64,000 bases of DNA from Cycas panzhihuaensis (Eukaryota > Plantae > Cycadophyta), in contig CM041465.1 in the NCBI GenBank assembly GCA_023213395.1, positions 182,783,741 to 182,847,740 on the forward strand, given 5' to 3'. The position numbers and the translations under genes are program-made. The notes beneath the pieces are model-generated. The model did no database searches. It had not been told where the DNA came from and was given only the letters and a program-made list of their open reading frames with translations. Numbering within the stretch: position 1 is the stretch's first letter; each line of letters opens with the position of its first letter. Below, piece by piece: positions 50,871-64,000 of this stretch.

Positions 50871-52974
50871 TGATTGAAGTATTAAAGCAAAAAATTAAAA
50901 CTAAAATCATAATCCCTAAACATGTAATGAAATTTCTAGATATATTTGGTTCACTTGCATATTTGCTAACTATTTAATTATTTGTCTATTAATTTTTTCT
51001 TGCTTTAAAAGAAAAGGAATTATGGTTTTATCTTGTAAGTTAAAGTTAATTGTAACTCTAAGAAAAGTCCCCCCCCCCCCCTCCCTTGCTTGTGCATGTT
51101 GGTTTCTTGAATGGTTGCATATTTTAGTTTGCCACCTTCTTTGGATAATTAGTAACTAATTACTTAATTTCATTCTAAATTGTACTTCAATTTGAGATCA
51201 CATTTATTTATTTATTTATTTTTGTGCTTTTGATTCATAAATTGATCTTGATTTTAGGAGGGGAGAGCTATTCTCTAAATCACATGCCATTCAGAGAATA
51301 GATGATTATCTTGCACCCTTAATTAGACTTTACGCTACCACTCTTTTCAAAGGACTATTTATTTAGGGGATGGGATCAATTTAATTCAATGAGTGGGATA
51401 GTCTTTTGTCTTGAGAGAAATTAGTTCCTAATTCTTCACTTGAACCTTATATGAGGTAGTTGGGTACAAGCGTCCTTAATTGATAAGAGTCTCTAATAGT
51501 TTGGCCACTAGATTAGGACTCATTTGGGTTATAATTGCCTTACGCTTGGTTTAACTAGTCCTCCTCTCTTAGAGTCTAGTATTTAGGATCATGACTAGTA
51601 TGTTTTTTTTATTTTTTATTTTCTTTTTGTTGCTTGTCTAATTGATCTAATCCAGTCTATTTATTTATTCACTTTTCTCTTTAGTTAGGATTTTTGACTT
51701 TTACACCTTTTTTTAACCAACATGTAAGTGCACCTATCCCTCCTTTCAGGGAGGCTATTCATAAGTTCCCTTGGATTACGTAGGGTACTTTTAAGACACT
51801 TTCCAACATGAAACATCATCAATGACCATACTAAGGATTTCCCAGACATACTTGACCTGTTTTCTTAGTACTTTTTTTTCTTTTTGCATATAGTCATTAT
51901 GTGGCTACATTTTTTGAGATTTTTAGAATTGAGCTACTTTCTCTTTAACTTTGAAATTCATTCCTTTATTTTTCTAAGATATTCTCTAATTTGTAGGCAT
52001 CATCCTATCGAAAAATTTGAGATTTTTTATAGTCAGTCAATAGATGTATCCATTTAACCATGGACATATAGGGCTTTCAAGTTGTAAGATATAAGGTGAA
52101 TCCTATTTAGTTAGACCTAGAATCTTATTCCTATCAGTCCATCCTAGATGCTTATTCCTTTGAAAATGATCAAGTTACTTATCCTTAGGAAGATCTTAAG
52201 CATTATATTAGCCTTTTTGCTAGTTTCAATTTATAATCACTTGAAGAACTTTGCCATTCTTTTGAAACAAGGCTAAACTATCATGGCTCTAAAATAAGGC
52301 TAACCTGCCATTACTACAAAAAGTTGAGCTAGCTTGATTAGGAGGATTTCCCTTTGCAAGCTATAGAATTAGACAGGGAAGTAAACTAAGAGAAAGTAGA
52401 TAAGATTGCAACCCCTTTTCTTAGATCCCATGACCTCGTAAGATATAACACTATTAAGGTTAGATATATTTTACATTCTTATATTCTGGAATAGGTTAAA
52501 TTCAATTATTCATTTGACTTGGGGGTGTTTACATTCATGTTATAGTAGATGACAAGGCTAATTTCTAGAGTTCTCACTTCACCCTTTAGCGTTTACCCAT
52601 TTAGGCATGTTAGGGATATTCAAGATGAATCTAATTCCCAACACCCCTAGTCATACACAGAATCCTTTCTCTACTTACCTTTCTCATACAGTTCATAGAG
52701 CCCTTCTTATAACGATGAGGATTTCAACATTTTTGAGACTCTTGAGCCTCTAATTAAGTGTTCTTTAATCTAGATCCTAAACCACTTTAAGAATTTTGTT
52801 GTGACACCTTACATCAACTCAATTAGAAAATGAGTCATTTTGGGAGTGATGTTGGAATACTTCAAATCCATGAGTTATGCTCAAGATCAACTTGGAAAAT
52901 ATTTGAGAGCTAAAAAGACCTTTATTACAATTTTAGAAGCATAAATACATCAAATTAAAAGCAAGAAAGCTTAA

Positions 52975-55960
52975 TGATCACCAAAAAGAAATGTACTCTT
53001 GTACAATCTCAAATAATAATAAGATAGCATAAGTGTTCCTTTTACAATTGTTTGGCCTTATATAGGTAAAAACAACCACTAACTCTAACATCTTATTAGT
53101 GGCCCCATGGTCCCTTCAATCCCATTGGTGGAGGTATGTGACTGGTGCACATAAATTAATAATTTTCCTTAACCTTTTCTTCTTTAATCATGTAATTGAG
53201 GTTTAGCCTCCACCTTCTCCATGTAAATAGATGCTCTTATGTCACTAACCTTGGAATGTTATGTAATAGGTACCCCTCCCTATGATGTTGAGTCTTTGAA
53301 GTGCTAAGGGTGTGGGCATTGTTACCCATATGGCTTCATCAGGGTCACAACCAACCCAGTACACTAAGTACTTAGAGATGGTTCTATTCCAGATATGGTA
53401 TTGGCAAGAAGCTAGAATGCCTATTGGAGGGATCATAAGGACTTCTTCTTCATGGAGGATGGGAAGGGTGTTTTTAGGGAAATCAACTTTTCTTTAGGTA
53501 GGATACATGAAACACATTATGAATTTTGGAATCAAGGGGGGAGATCTAGGGCATATGCGACTTCACTAATTCTTCGGAGAACTTTGTAAGGACCATAGTA
53601 GCAAGGGCTTAGCTTGTGGGATTTTTTATGGTATAGGGATTGTTGCTTATAAGGTTGGAGATAAAGAATAATCAAATCGCCCATAGCAAATACTCTCTTA
53701 GACTGATGGTGGTCAACTAATTTCTTCATTTGATTTTGAGCCATTACTAGGTTTTGCTTACGAGTATGTAAAATTTGATCTATGTCTTGTAATTTTTGTT
53801 GTGCTCTATCTATTTAGAGATTGGTATCCAACGTATGGTGTGATGGTGGGGGATATCCATAAAGGGCCACAAATGGGGTCATTCCAATAGAATATTGATG
53901 GGAGGAGTTATAATAATATTATGGTAGTGCTAACTAGGAAGTCTAATGATTTTGATGATCTAATACAAAATATCACAAGCATGTTTCTAATGTTCTATTG
54001 AGGGCCTTAGATTATCCATCAGTTTAGGGATGATATAATGAGCTCATGTTAAAAGAGGTACTAGATGCTCAGAAAAGTTCTTGATAAAATATGCTTGTGA
54101 ATTTTGGATCATGGTCATAGATAATGGTGGATGGGAAGCCATGAAGATGAAAGATAAATTAGATGTAGAGATTAGCCAATTGGGGGGCTTTGTGTGTGGT
54201 ATGGAGTAGTAAGAAGTGAGCATACTTAATCAAGCAGTCAATGATGACCTAAATTGAGTCATAGCCTATAGATAATGGTAGCTCAGTAATGAAATCCATG
54301 GTAATATCTTACCATTTGCCTTGAAGGATTATTAATGATTAAAAGAGGCTAGGTTGGGCTTTAGTCTTAATCTTATACCATTGGCATGTTTCACATTCTA
54401 AGACATACATGAGGATGGTGGACTTCATATGGGGCTAGTAAAAGTTTGATTGAATTTGACGGTATATTTGATCAAACTTAAAGTGACCATTGGGGGGGCT
54501 ATTATGGTATTCAACTAGGAAGTAGGGAATGAATGGTAACGCTAGGTGGATAAAAGTGTAATTTTGATATAGGAGGTAATTATTATGTAAAGTCTAGTAT
54601 TTATGATTTTAGACTTTATTAGTCTAGGTGGAAAAATCAACCTAGGATTCATTATCATGGATAAAGTTGTCTAGCCAAGAGTATTGGGGAAGGGAGATCG
54701 CTTGAATGGCTAAGTCTGCTGGAAGACGAGAAAGAGCATATGCAACCACATTATCCTTACCATTTTTATAAGCAATGAAGAAGTCAAAAACTTAAAGTGT
54801 GTTAATCCACTTGGCCTATTCTTCTAACAAATCTAGTTGGTCTAGTAGGCATCGAAAGCTATAGTGGTTAGTTAGGATGGTGAACTTGGATCTAATTAGA
54901 TATTGGCACCATTTATCCACTATGTGGAGAATAGCCCACATTTCCTTTTGATATATGGAAAGGCAATACTCATGGCCTTTGAGCTTTCAACTTTCAAATG
55001 TTATGGGATGGGAATTGTATATAAGGACAACTTTAATCCCAACTCTAGAGGCATCACATTTTATTTGGAAGGGTTGTGAGAAATCAGGGGTGGTGAGGAC
55101 TAATATAGAGGATATGAGTATTTTTAGGTAGTTGAAAGAATTAGCAGTGCCAGGTGACCATTGAAATAAGTCTTTACATAGTAAGTTTGTCAAGGGAGCT
55201 ACTATAGTAGTGCAATTTTTGACAAAGCAATGATAAAATTTAATCAATCCAAGGAAATCCTATAATTGAGTGAGGTTTTTTAGTATGAGCTATTATATAA
55301 TGATAAAGATTTTATCAGGGTTGACTTAGAAACCTTTTATAGAGATGATATACCTTAGGTATTGTATTTTAGTTTTGCCATATTTACATTTAGATATTTT
55401 GGCATATAGTTGGTTTTGTTGGAGAATCTGTAGGGCAGACTCCAAATGTTGGACATGGATGGTCATGGTAGTACTATAGATGAGGATGTCATCAAAGAAG
55501 ATAAGGATAAATTTATGAAGGTAGGGAAAACATTTTGTTCATCAGGGCTTGGAAGGTAGTAGGGGCACTACATAAACCAAATGGCATGACTTAGAATTCA
55601 AAATATCCATGGTGGGTTTAGAAAGTTGTTTTATGCTTGTCCTTAAGGGTAGTAGGAATCTAATGATACCATAATTGTAAGTCAATTTTTAACAAGAACA
55701 TGGCCCCATAATTTTCATCCAACATGTCATTGATTTAGGGGTTAGAAATTTATTTTTAATAGTAAGTTTATTAAGTTCTTTATAATTGACATAGAGTAAG
55801 AAAGAACCATCTTTTTTTGGACTAGTACAATTGGTATAACATAAGGGCTCTTTATCAGTTACATGATACCCATGTCTTGCAGTTCAGTTATGATACACTC
55901 AATTTTATTTCTTTAAAAATATAGATTACGGTATGGGTGGAGGCTAACGGGATTACTAAT
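52975..55960 (-). mobile_element. 5'-truncated Ty3/Gypsy chromovirus E (RT-RH-INT-chromodomain, PPT, 3' LTR ~52975-53268)
   Basis: Minus strand: PVSLHPYR, IFFDDILIYS, PDFSQPFQIKCDAS, KLSPCYYGPYKV, chromodomain KYLVYWVGCDPDEAIW; PPT AGGGAGGGG at ~53273-53282; CCTATATAAGG in the LTR. Confidence 0.88.
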
Positions 55961-55969
55961 CTAAGCTAG

Positions 55970-56837
55970 TTGAGGCTATTTTAAGCTAGTGCACACCTTG
56001 ATCTATGTTGTACAACCTCTGCATACTCCACGATCTCCCCATCATTGACTGGCTCATTCTCTGTCTGTATTTATCCATTCCCCATGAAAATTTATGAGCA
56101 CCTCGGCATTAACTAGAGTTAGCCTCTCCTAAAATCTCAAGGCATTTTGTTAACTCTGTGAGTAGAATAAGCTCATTGTGCATCCATTGTCTATGTGCCC
56201 TCTGTCAACGTGATTTTTCAATTTTTTATATATTAAAATTTATTTTTTTGAAGAGTTTTTACTCGATTCTTATCGTTGGATCTGTGGCACCCTCTCTGGA
56301 TTGATTTTGATCAGATCCAAGTCTATTTTGATCAATTTTCATGCTTCTGCATTGTTATTTATCTATGTGGCATCTGTCCATGTTTTTTTCCAATTTGTAT
56401 ATATTAAAAAATATATTTTTTGAACCTTTTTTGATCGATCTACTCTCATAGATTAACTGCACCCTATCTTGTATCAAATCCAATTGATTTTAAGTGGATT
56501 TTGATTAATTTTCATGCAAAAAAAAAAAATGTTACGCAAGGTTAATGATCATTTATTTTTAGTCTAAAATTTTTTATTGTTTTATAATATTTTGATAAAA
56601 TTAAATCAAATTTAATTATGTTTTAGAGGTTGGGCAGATAGATTTGACCTTAGTCCCCTTTGTGAGTTAGCCCCCAATTTTATTTGGCCCCTATATCATC
56701 ATAATCTTTGGCAGACTTCAAATAAATATAAATTATTTTGGAACTTTTCTTATTTATTAAAAACTATATTTCATATTTAATATATTTTGGAATCCAGGCC
56801 GCCCTTAGGACTATAACTATCGATTCTATGGGATTTT
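55970..56837 (+). mobile_element. Element F, left part: non-coding leader-like sequence split by C3
   Basis: Continuous with 62045-64000 across the C3 TSD; contains a ~170-bp tandem duplication (56180-56517). Confidence 0.5.
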
Positions 56838-57057
56838 TGTTAAGGACAATCACATTGAAGGAATGAAAGAATCTATTCTATTAATGCTCAATATATACAT
56901 ATATATACAATGAGAAGTTTCAACTGCCTAATAACTATCAAATCTAATGATGACATATGTCCAACACTTAATTACCCTTCATTAAGGTGGACTTATGTCC
57001 TAACATGTTTATGTCTTAATACCCTTATGTCCTAAGATAAAACATTATACTCTAACA
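56838..57057 (-). repeat. 3' LTR of C3
   Basis: TG...CA, near-identical to 61825-62044. Confidence 0.97.
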
Positions 57058-57079
57058 CCCTCTCTTAATGTTTTATCAT

Positions 57080-60000
57080 TTTAGTCCTATTTTGTCTCTT
57101 AATATTTGAAACTTTTCTTTTCCTAATGGTTTGGTTAAAATATTTGCAATCTAATCATGAGTTGAACAATAGACAAGGTATATTTCTTTGTTTTGTACTT
57201 TCTCCCTTATAAAGTGATGCTGAACTTCAATATGTTTTGTTCTGGCATGAAAAATTGAATTCTTGGTCAATTTGATTGCACTTTGATTGTCACAGAAGAT
57301 AGAAGTTGTTGTCTCTTGTCGTACATTTATGTCTTCCAACAATTGTTGAAGCCAGATAGCTTCAGTAGTTGCACTCACTACTAATTTGTATTATGCTTCT
57401 GTTAATGATAAGGCAACTGTGGCTTGTTTCTTAGAGCTCCAAGATATTGGTGAACTTCCTAAGAAGAAACAAAAGCTACTAGTGGATTTTCTTTGATCTT
57501 TGTCACTTGCCCAGTCTGAGCTATAAAAGCATGTTAATTGAAGTGGAGAATTCCTTGGAAAGTTTAATTTCAATTCTATTATTCTCCTGAGATATCTTAG
57601 AATTCTCTTAGCAACATTCTAATGCTTTATCTTTGGTTCATGCATGTATCTAGATATTACACTCACAGCGTATGGTATATCTGGTCTAGTAGATGTGAGA
57701 TAGATAAGACTCCCAACAAGTTACCTATACAGTGTTGCATCGTAAGAGTGATCTTCTTGACTTGAAGTCAAATTATAATTTGCTTCCATTGGAGTGGAAT
57801 AGGGATTACAATCTTCCATTCTTAATTTAGTCAGAAGATCTTTGATGTATTTACTTTGACTCATGGTGATCAAGTTATCCTATTGTTGGATCTGAATTCC
57901 TAAGTAAAAGCTCAAGATCCCAAGATCTGTCATTTCAAACTTGTTTCCCAGTTATTCCTTCACATCTGCTATGGAGGTTTCATCATCTCCAGTTATGAGC
58001 ACGTCATCAACATAGATTGCTATAATGGTTATTGCTCCATTCTTATTTTTCTTGTATAGGCTTGAATCTGAACTACATTTTAAAAAACCATTTTTGCAAA
58101 GATAACTATCTAATTTTGCATACCATGCATAGGGGGCATGTTTTAATCCATATAGAGCTTTTTTTAGTTTACAGACTAAATGTTCTTGACCTGCTATAAT
58201 GTACTCTTCTGGTTGAGACATGTAGACTTCTTAGTTAATATCTCCATTTAAGAAGGCACTTTTGACATCTAATTGGTAGATTTTCCAATTTTTGCAAGCT
58301 GCTATAGCTATGATTGTTCTCATAGTATTTATCTTGGCCACTGGAGAAAATATTTCTTCGTAATCTATACATGCTGTCTGTGTATATCCTTTTGCAACCA
58401 ACCTAGCTTTATGTTTCTCTATTTTCCCATTTGGTCCTCTTTTGATCTTATAGATCCATTTGTAGCCTACAACTGATTTATTAGAGGGTAGCTCAACTAG
58501 CTCCCAGGTCTGATTTTTTATTATTAAGTACATTTCAGAGTCCATAGTGTTTCTCCATTCAACATGCTCTTTTGCTTCTGTGAAGTGTTGAGGTTCAACG
58601 CTACTGATTAGAGCTTTTGGTTTTTGGCTCCTTGTTTTATGAGAGAGAATTTCTCCTTTATTTCCTTCTAAGGTCTTGAGATACCATTTTGGTAATTTCT
58701 TTTGATTCTCTCCCTCATCCTCTGAAACAATTTCTAATGTTGACTCTGTGCTTGAGTTATGCATGACATTCTCTGAAGTTTCTTTAGTGATGACGATGGA
58801 TTCTTCTTCTTCTAGATGACTGCAAGGAGGAATTTCAGGTGTTATTTCAAGTATCTGAGTCCGATCTTCTTCTCTGCCTTCTTCATTGAAGATGACATCT
58901 CGACTTACATAGACTTTGTTGGTTATAGGATCAATGCACTTATATGCTTTTAAATTTTTGTTATATCCCACCATGATGCATTTAATACTTTTTGCATCAA
59001 ACTTTGCTAATTTTTTATCTAGAATATGAACAAATACTTAGCTGCCAAAAACTTTTAAATGACTTATGTTTGGTTTTCTTCCCATCCATGCTTCTTCTGG
59101 CGTGTATTCAATTAAAGATTTGGTTGGACTCTTGTTTAACAAGTAACAGGCTGTGCTGACAGCTTTGGCCCAATAAGTTTTGGAGATGTTCTTAGTGTGT
59201 ATCATGCTTCGTGCTATTTCCATAATGACTCGATTTTTTCGTTCTACAACTCCATTAGATTGAGGTGTGTATGGAGTTGTAAATTGTCTCTGTATTCCTC
59301 TATTCTTACAAAATTCCAAAAATTCTTTGGAAATGTATTCACCTCCTCCATCTGATCTTAAACACTTAATTTTAGCATTGCTTTCCAACTCGGCTTCTGC
59401 TTTGAATTCTTTGAATGCATCTAGGGCTTCAAATTTTGTATGTAGAAAATACATCCAAGTTTTTCTAGTGAGATCATCTATGAAGGTGATAAAATAACTT
59501 TTCTTGTTGATTGAATATGGAGTGATGGGTCCACAGAGATCAGTGTGGACTAATTTTAATTTTTCTTTGGCTCTCCATATACTTTCTTGAAAAGGAAGTC
59601 TATGCTGCTTACTAAACTAATAATCTTTGCAAACAAAATTATTTGATGTGATAGGAGGTAGTCTAACTACCAGATTTTTCTTTTCCATATTTTTTGGCTT
59701 CTCCATGAGAAGATGTCCATACTTGAAATGCCACATTTTATTATTATTGTTTATAGCAGTACATACTTTTATATCAGGTAAGATGGGGTGAGACATTAGT
59801 CTGTACAGATCATTACATTCTACTTGTTTTATAATTAGCTTCCCATTATTTTTCATGTCATGTATGTAGAAAAAGCCCTTTTCATCAAACAGTGTACTCA
59901 TTCCCTTCTTCTTCAGTTGAGAAACAGAGAGGAGATTCATTTTTAGATCTGGTACCAGGAGGACATCACCTATTTTTTCTATCTTATCTTCGATTTTGAT

Positions 60001-61140
60001 AGTTATTATTCCTACTCCCTTGATTTTGAGGGAGTATTTATCTCCAAGCTCTACAAACTTGTTTGCAGTGTAGGGCCATAAATCTTCAAACCACTCTTCT
60101 CGACTGGTCATGTGATGTGACGCGCTAGAGTCAATATACCAGACTTCTTTGTCTTGTAAACTTGTTGTTAAAGCAATAACAAAGGCTATTGCTTCTTCTT
60201 CATCTTGATCATTATTGTCGGTCTACTCTTTATTGTAATTTCCCATTGATTTCTTCCCTCTCTGAGTATCTGCTTTCGTACACTAAAAGGAATAATGCCC
60301 ACTTTGACCACAATGATAACATTTATCAAAGGCTTTACAAGAATTAGAAAAATGACTTGTCTTACCACAACTATAACATATGATGTTTCTTCCTCTTCCT
60401 CTTGGATCTAACCATCGTCCTCGTGACGTGCTACCATATTCTCACGACCTGCAAAGGCCATAGTACTCAATATTTCTTCCATGTCCTCTACTTCGACCTC
60501 TAGATCCCAGATTCAACCTGGATGCAAAGACGATCTCAAGATTTATAATGTCTTCATACCTTTTATTTCTTTATTCTTGTTGCAGGAGCAACCATGTTAA
60601 AGAGTCCAAAGACATAGTTGCCAATTGACTGGAGTTTATGATAGTATTGATTGTGACATCAAATGATCTGGGTAATTTATTGATAACAAGTTCAACCAAA
60701 TTTCGTTCAATGAGAGGATCACCGGCATTAGTAAGGCTATTTCGCAGAGAGATTACTTTATGTAGAAATTCTGTGATAGTCTCAAACTCTTTCATTTACA
60801 GGTTAAACAATTCAGCTTTTAGGGCTATTATTTTTGCTTTATTTTTTTGACTATACATGTTATCTAGATACTACTATATACTAGTAGTGGAGTACAGGTT
60901 TATAATGTATACAAGAAGTGAATCAGAAATGGACAACTTGAGTATAATAACCCCTATACTATCCCTTTCTTCCCAATTTGTTTAAGTGGCTCCTACTTCC
61001 TTTGGCTTTTGTTCAGATCCAATGGTGATTTGCCAAGCATTTTTGGCCCTAAGTAAAATCTCTATTTTAATTTTCCAAATGTGATAATTATTGTTAGTTA
61101 ATTTGTCACCATTGGATAGAGAAAGTATAAAAGATGCCAC
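57080..61140 (-). pseudogene. C3 Copia gag-pol (fragmented by stops and frameshifts)
   Basis: DKLTNNNYHIWK, WYIDSSASHHMT, LRSDGGGEY...TPQSNGVVERKNR, YQLDVKSAFLNG, IYVDDVL, FCDNQSAI...HARTKHIEVQHHF. Confidence 0.97.
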
Positions 61141-61812
61141 GAGAGTCTCAGAACTGGGTTTCGGAAGCCCTAGGCCGTACTTTTATACAGATTTTCGTAT
61201 GGTATGGAAGTTGTACAGATGGGTATGAGTGATACCCCAAAAGAAAGCTGGGGATGAGAGGAGTCCAGATCTGTAATCGTTTTTCAGATTTGGACTTGAA
61301 TCTGAGAGAAAACGCCCTTGAAAGGGTTCGGCTGGTGCCCTCGTTTTAGAGGGAAAATGCTTGAAAAATGGAAAAAATTGCCAAAATACCAGACAAAATT
61401 ACTTCAAACAGAGGTGCAATACTCCAGCAATGAATTCTTGAAGAAGATCTGAGTGAAAAACTGTGAAAATTTTGAGAAAATTTCACTTGCAAGGGTAAAA
61501 ACGATGCAAACCTGAAAAGGGGCAAAATCACCCTGGAAAAGTCTTCAAATTGATTCAACCCAAAAGACAGAAATGCTTAGGATGACCTGATCTACAAACT
61601 GGCCAAGTTTCATCTTGATCTGAGCACTTGAAAAATTTTGGCTGTATGGTGGTACGGATCCGTACAATTGCCTCTAGAAACTTCCTACAAGTTCTGAATG
61701 TCTTTGTCTTGCCTTTGAACCTTTGTCAAGATGCCTCTCTATTTGAGTACTTAAGAATTTCTTTAATTCGACTTATAAACTCTAGGATCTGACTATTGTG
61801 GTAGAGCAACCT

Positions 61813-61824
61813 GCTCTGATACCA
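61813..61824 (-). other. PBS (tRNA-iMet) of C3
   Basis: Exact TGGTATCAGAGC on the minus strand abutting the LTR. Confidence 0.95.
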
Positions 61825-62044
61825 TGTTAAGGACAATCACATTGAAGGAATGAAAGAATCTATTCTATTAATGCTTAATATGTACATATATATACAATGA
61901 GAAGTTTCAACTGCCTAATAACTATCAAATCTAATGATGACACATGTCCAACACTTAATTACCCTTCATTAAGGTGGACTTATGTCTTAACACGTTTATG
62001 TCTTAACACCCTTATATTCTACGATAAAACATTATACTCTAACA
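61825..62044 (-). repeat. 5' LTR of C3
   Basis: TG...CA, adjacent to the PBS. Confidence 0.97.
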
Positions 62045-64000
62045 CTTTTCACATGACCAAGGGCCTATTACAAAAGGGGCTAAAAGCCTAATATTTGTTT
62101 TCTTATTTTTGTTTTTTTCCTAAAAGAGTACTATTTAGTTTTTTTGTAATATCTCTTCACTGGAAAGCCAGATTCATGAATTGTTAGATTCATTAGATTC
62201 TTAACTCATAGTTCTATAGCCTAGAGTCATTTTTTGCCTAATTTGAGTTATTTTTCATAGATTTTGATCAAATCAAAGTTGACATTCATTTATTACTCTT
62301 ATTTCATTAGTTATAAAAGGGTCTTTGCACCATTTCTTTAATAACTTGAGCTTTACAACTCCATTTTTTAAACTGTCAAAACTGTTGGAAAGGTTTTTCA
62401 GTGACCTACACATTAGAATAAGTTCTGTTATATTCTGACATCATTTTGTAGGTTGTTAAAACCCCTAAGTTTAAGGCTCTATTTTAATCTTAGTTAGATA
62501 CTATTTGAGATATTTTGAGCCAAATTTTCTTTCTAACTAAATACATTTGATTGATATTTGTATATTGACGATATTTGCTAGTGTTTATAAGACTTACAAC
62601 CTATTTTGTAGCCTTTTAGTATTTTTTTTAGCTTCTGGAGTAGTAGTAGCCCTATTCAGATAAAAAATAATAAACATGTACCTCCTACTATATTATTCTC
62701 TTTCTTTCACATCTAGAATTGAATCTAAGTGATTTCTTTGAGCATTTTATACTTATTTAAAAAGTTTCTTTGAGTATTTATGCTTATTTAAGGTCATTTA
62801 TCTTCTTGAATACTTCAAAGAGTGCATCTAGTTTATATAAGAATCCACTAAAGAGCTCTCATTCATTTCACTTACATTACATCTAAAAACTTTTGCTAGC
62901 AAGTTCATGCATTTTGAGCTCATTAATTCATAAGTTAAAGGAACTTTTGTTTTCCTTAAGACCTTCGTACTTCTTGAAGCTTCATAAGTGTATTATTGTA
63001 TAGTCACAAATTATTGTTTTGGTTATTTTAAACTTTAAGGCTTATATTTATTCAAGCATAATCATTGTATCTTTATATACATAGTCTTTCATTCTAAAGC
63101 CACTTATATTCATTATTTTTGGAAAAGGTTATAAGTTATACATTAGTCTTTATTTCAAAAATCTTATTTGTTATATAGACAGTTTAGCTATCTTCTTAAA
63201 AAAATATTTGAATATTTGAAAGTTCATCTCCTTGATTCATTTGGTTGTAGTTTCTTATTGATTCGTTAAATATAGTCTCATTGAAAGTGCATATAATCTC
63301 ATTGAAAACTGTTTAAATTACCTTTTCAAGGAGCTTCTTAAACTTGAAACTTAATAGTTGTATAAGAAATATCTTCATCTTATTTCATTGTTATCTTTTT
63401 AGTAAGGCATTCATTTGAAGGATCATATATCTTTTCAGCCTACTTTCTTTCCAAACAAGTTGTTTACATTATTGTTTAAGGAGTTTTTTAGATTGAAAGA
63501 TATCAATTACATACTTGTATTCTTATTACTTCATTGAAAGGAAACATTTTATTTTTTTACTTCATTTCCCATAGTGATCGAATCAAAAGCATTGATTATC
63601 TTTTCATTTGATAAGTGTATTTTAGTGCATAGTCATAAGCCACTTATAGCTCCTTTATGCTTTCGAGGTTTATCTCGTTTTAAGCATTTTATTATATTTA
63701 CATTTATACTTCATAGTTCATCTATTTAAAGTCTCATATATTTGTCATTACTTGAAGAGACTATAAGTTGAACATTGATCATTATTTCAAAGTTTAGTGT
63801 TTTGCATTTGAATATTGAAAGCTTATACTTTTAGCTCCTCATTTAGTTTAAGTTCAATAAAGGTTGTTTATATTATTTTTTAAGGAATACACATTGATGA
63901 CTATTTGTATGTTGTATTTGATTTGAAAGGTTCATTTAATGGTTATTTACACTTAATAAGATCTTGAAATTAAAGGATTAATTTTGTTCATTTTTTAAAA
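62045..64000 (+). mobile_element. Element F, right part: long AT-rich leader homologous to the C2 leader
   Basis: 62298-62350 and 62437-62482 align with 42462-42515 and 42600-42646, e.g. gacatcattttgtaggttgttaaaacccctaagtttaaggctcta vs gacatcattttataggactttaaaactgctcaagttaaggctcta. Confidence 0.6.

Larger units (their letters stand above)
56838..62044 (-). mobile_element. Ty1/Copia element C3, full-length, youngest dated element in the window
   Basis: 220-bp LTRs at 56838-57057 and 61825-62044 differing at 9 sites; PBS 61813-61824; PPT 57058-57066; flanks ATTTT / CTTTT. Confidence 0.97.

Noticed and set aside
58231-59454. Longest ORFs as an active or domesticated gene
   Set aside because: They are fragments of C3 pol separated by stops and frameshifts, between two LTRs.

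Overview
AT-rich eukaryotic DNA, most likely from a large, heavily methylated plant genome (gymnosperm-like; inference). I find no host gene. The window is a stack of nested, decayed LTR retrotransposons. A chromovirus Gypsy (A, 895-36128) carries a minus-strand element (X) in its 5' LTR, a non-chromovirus Gypsy (B1, TSD AAGAA) in its RT and a related Gypsy (B2) in its 3' LTR. B1 carries a Copia (C1) whose 3' end was deleted together with part of B1. Further right lie an internally deleted minus-strand Copia (D) with a full-length Copia (C2, TSD ATTAC) in its 5' LTR, a truncated Copia (C4), an unassigned segment, a 5'-truncated minus-strand chromovirus (E), and a Copia-like leader (F) split by the youngest element, minus-strand Copia C3 (LTRs differ at 9 of 220 sites). 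Highlights: (1) B1 and B2 both encode two tandem capsid-like (Gag CA-NTD motif) modules between protease and RT, plus a conserved extra ORF after integrase and a probable tRNA-Glu PBS; (2) three different Copia elements place their PPT/U3 junction in the loop of an 11-14 bp inverted repeat; (3) element A has a duplicated PBS and an antisense PBS copy; (4) a deletion created an in-frame Copia RT/Gypsy protease fusion. All alignments and translations were done by eye, so boundaries marked approximate may be off by tens of bases.
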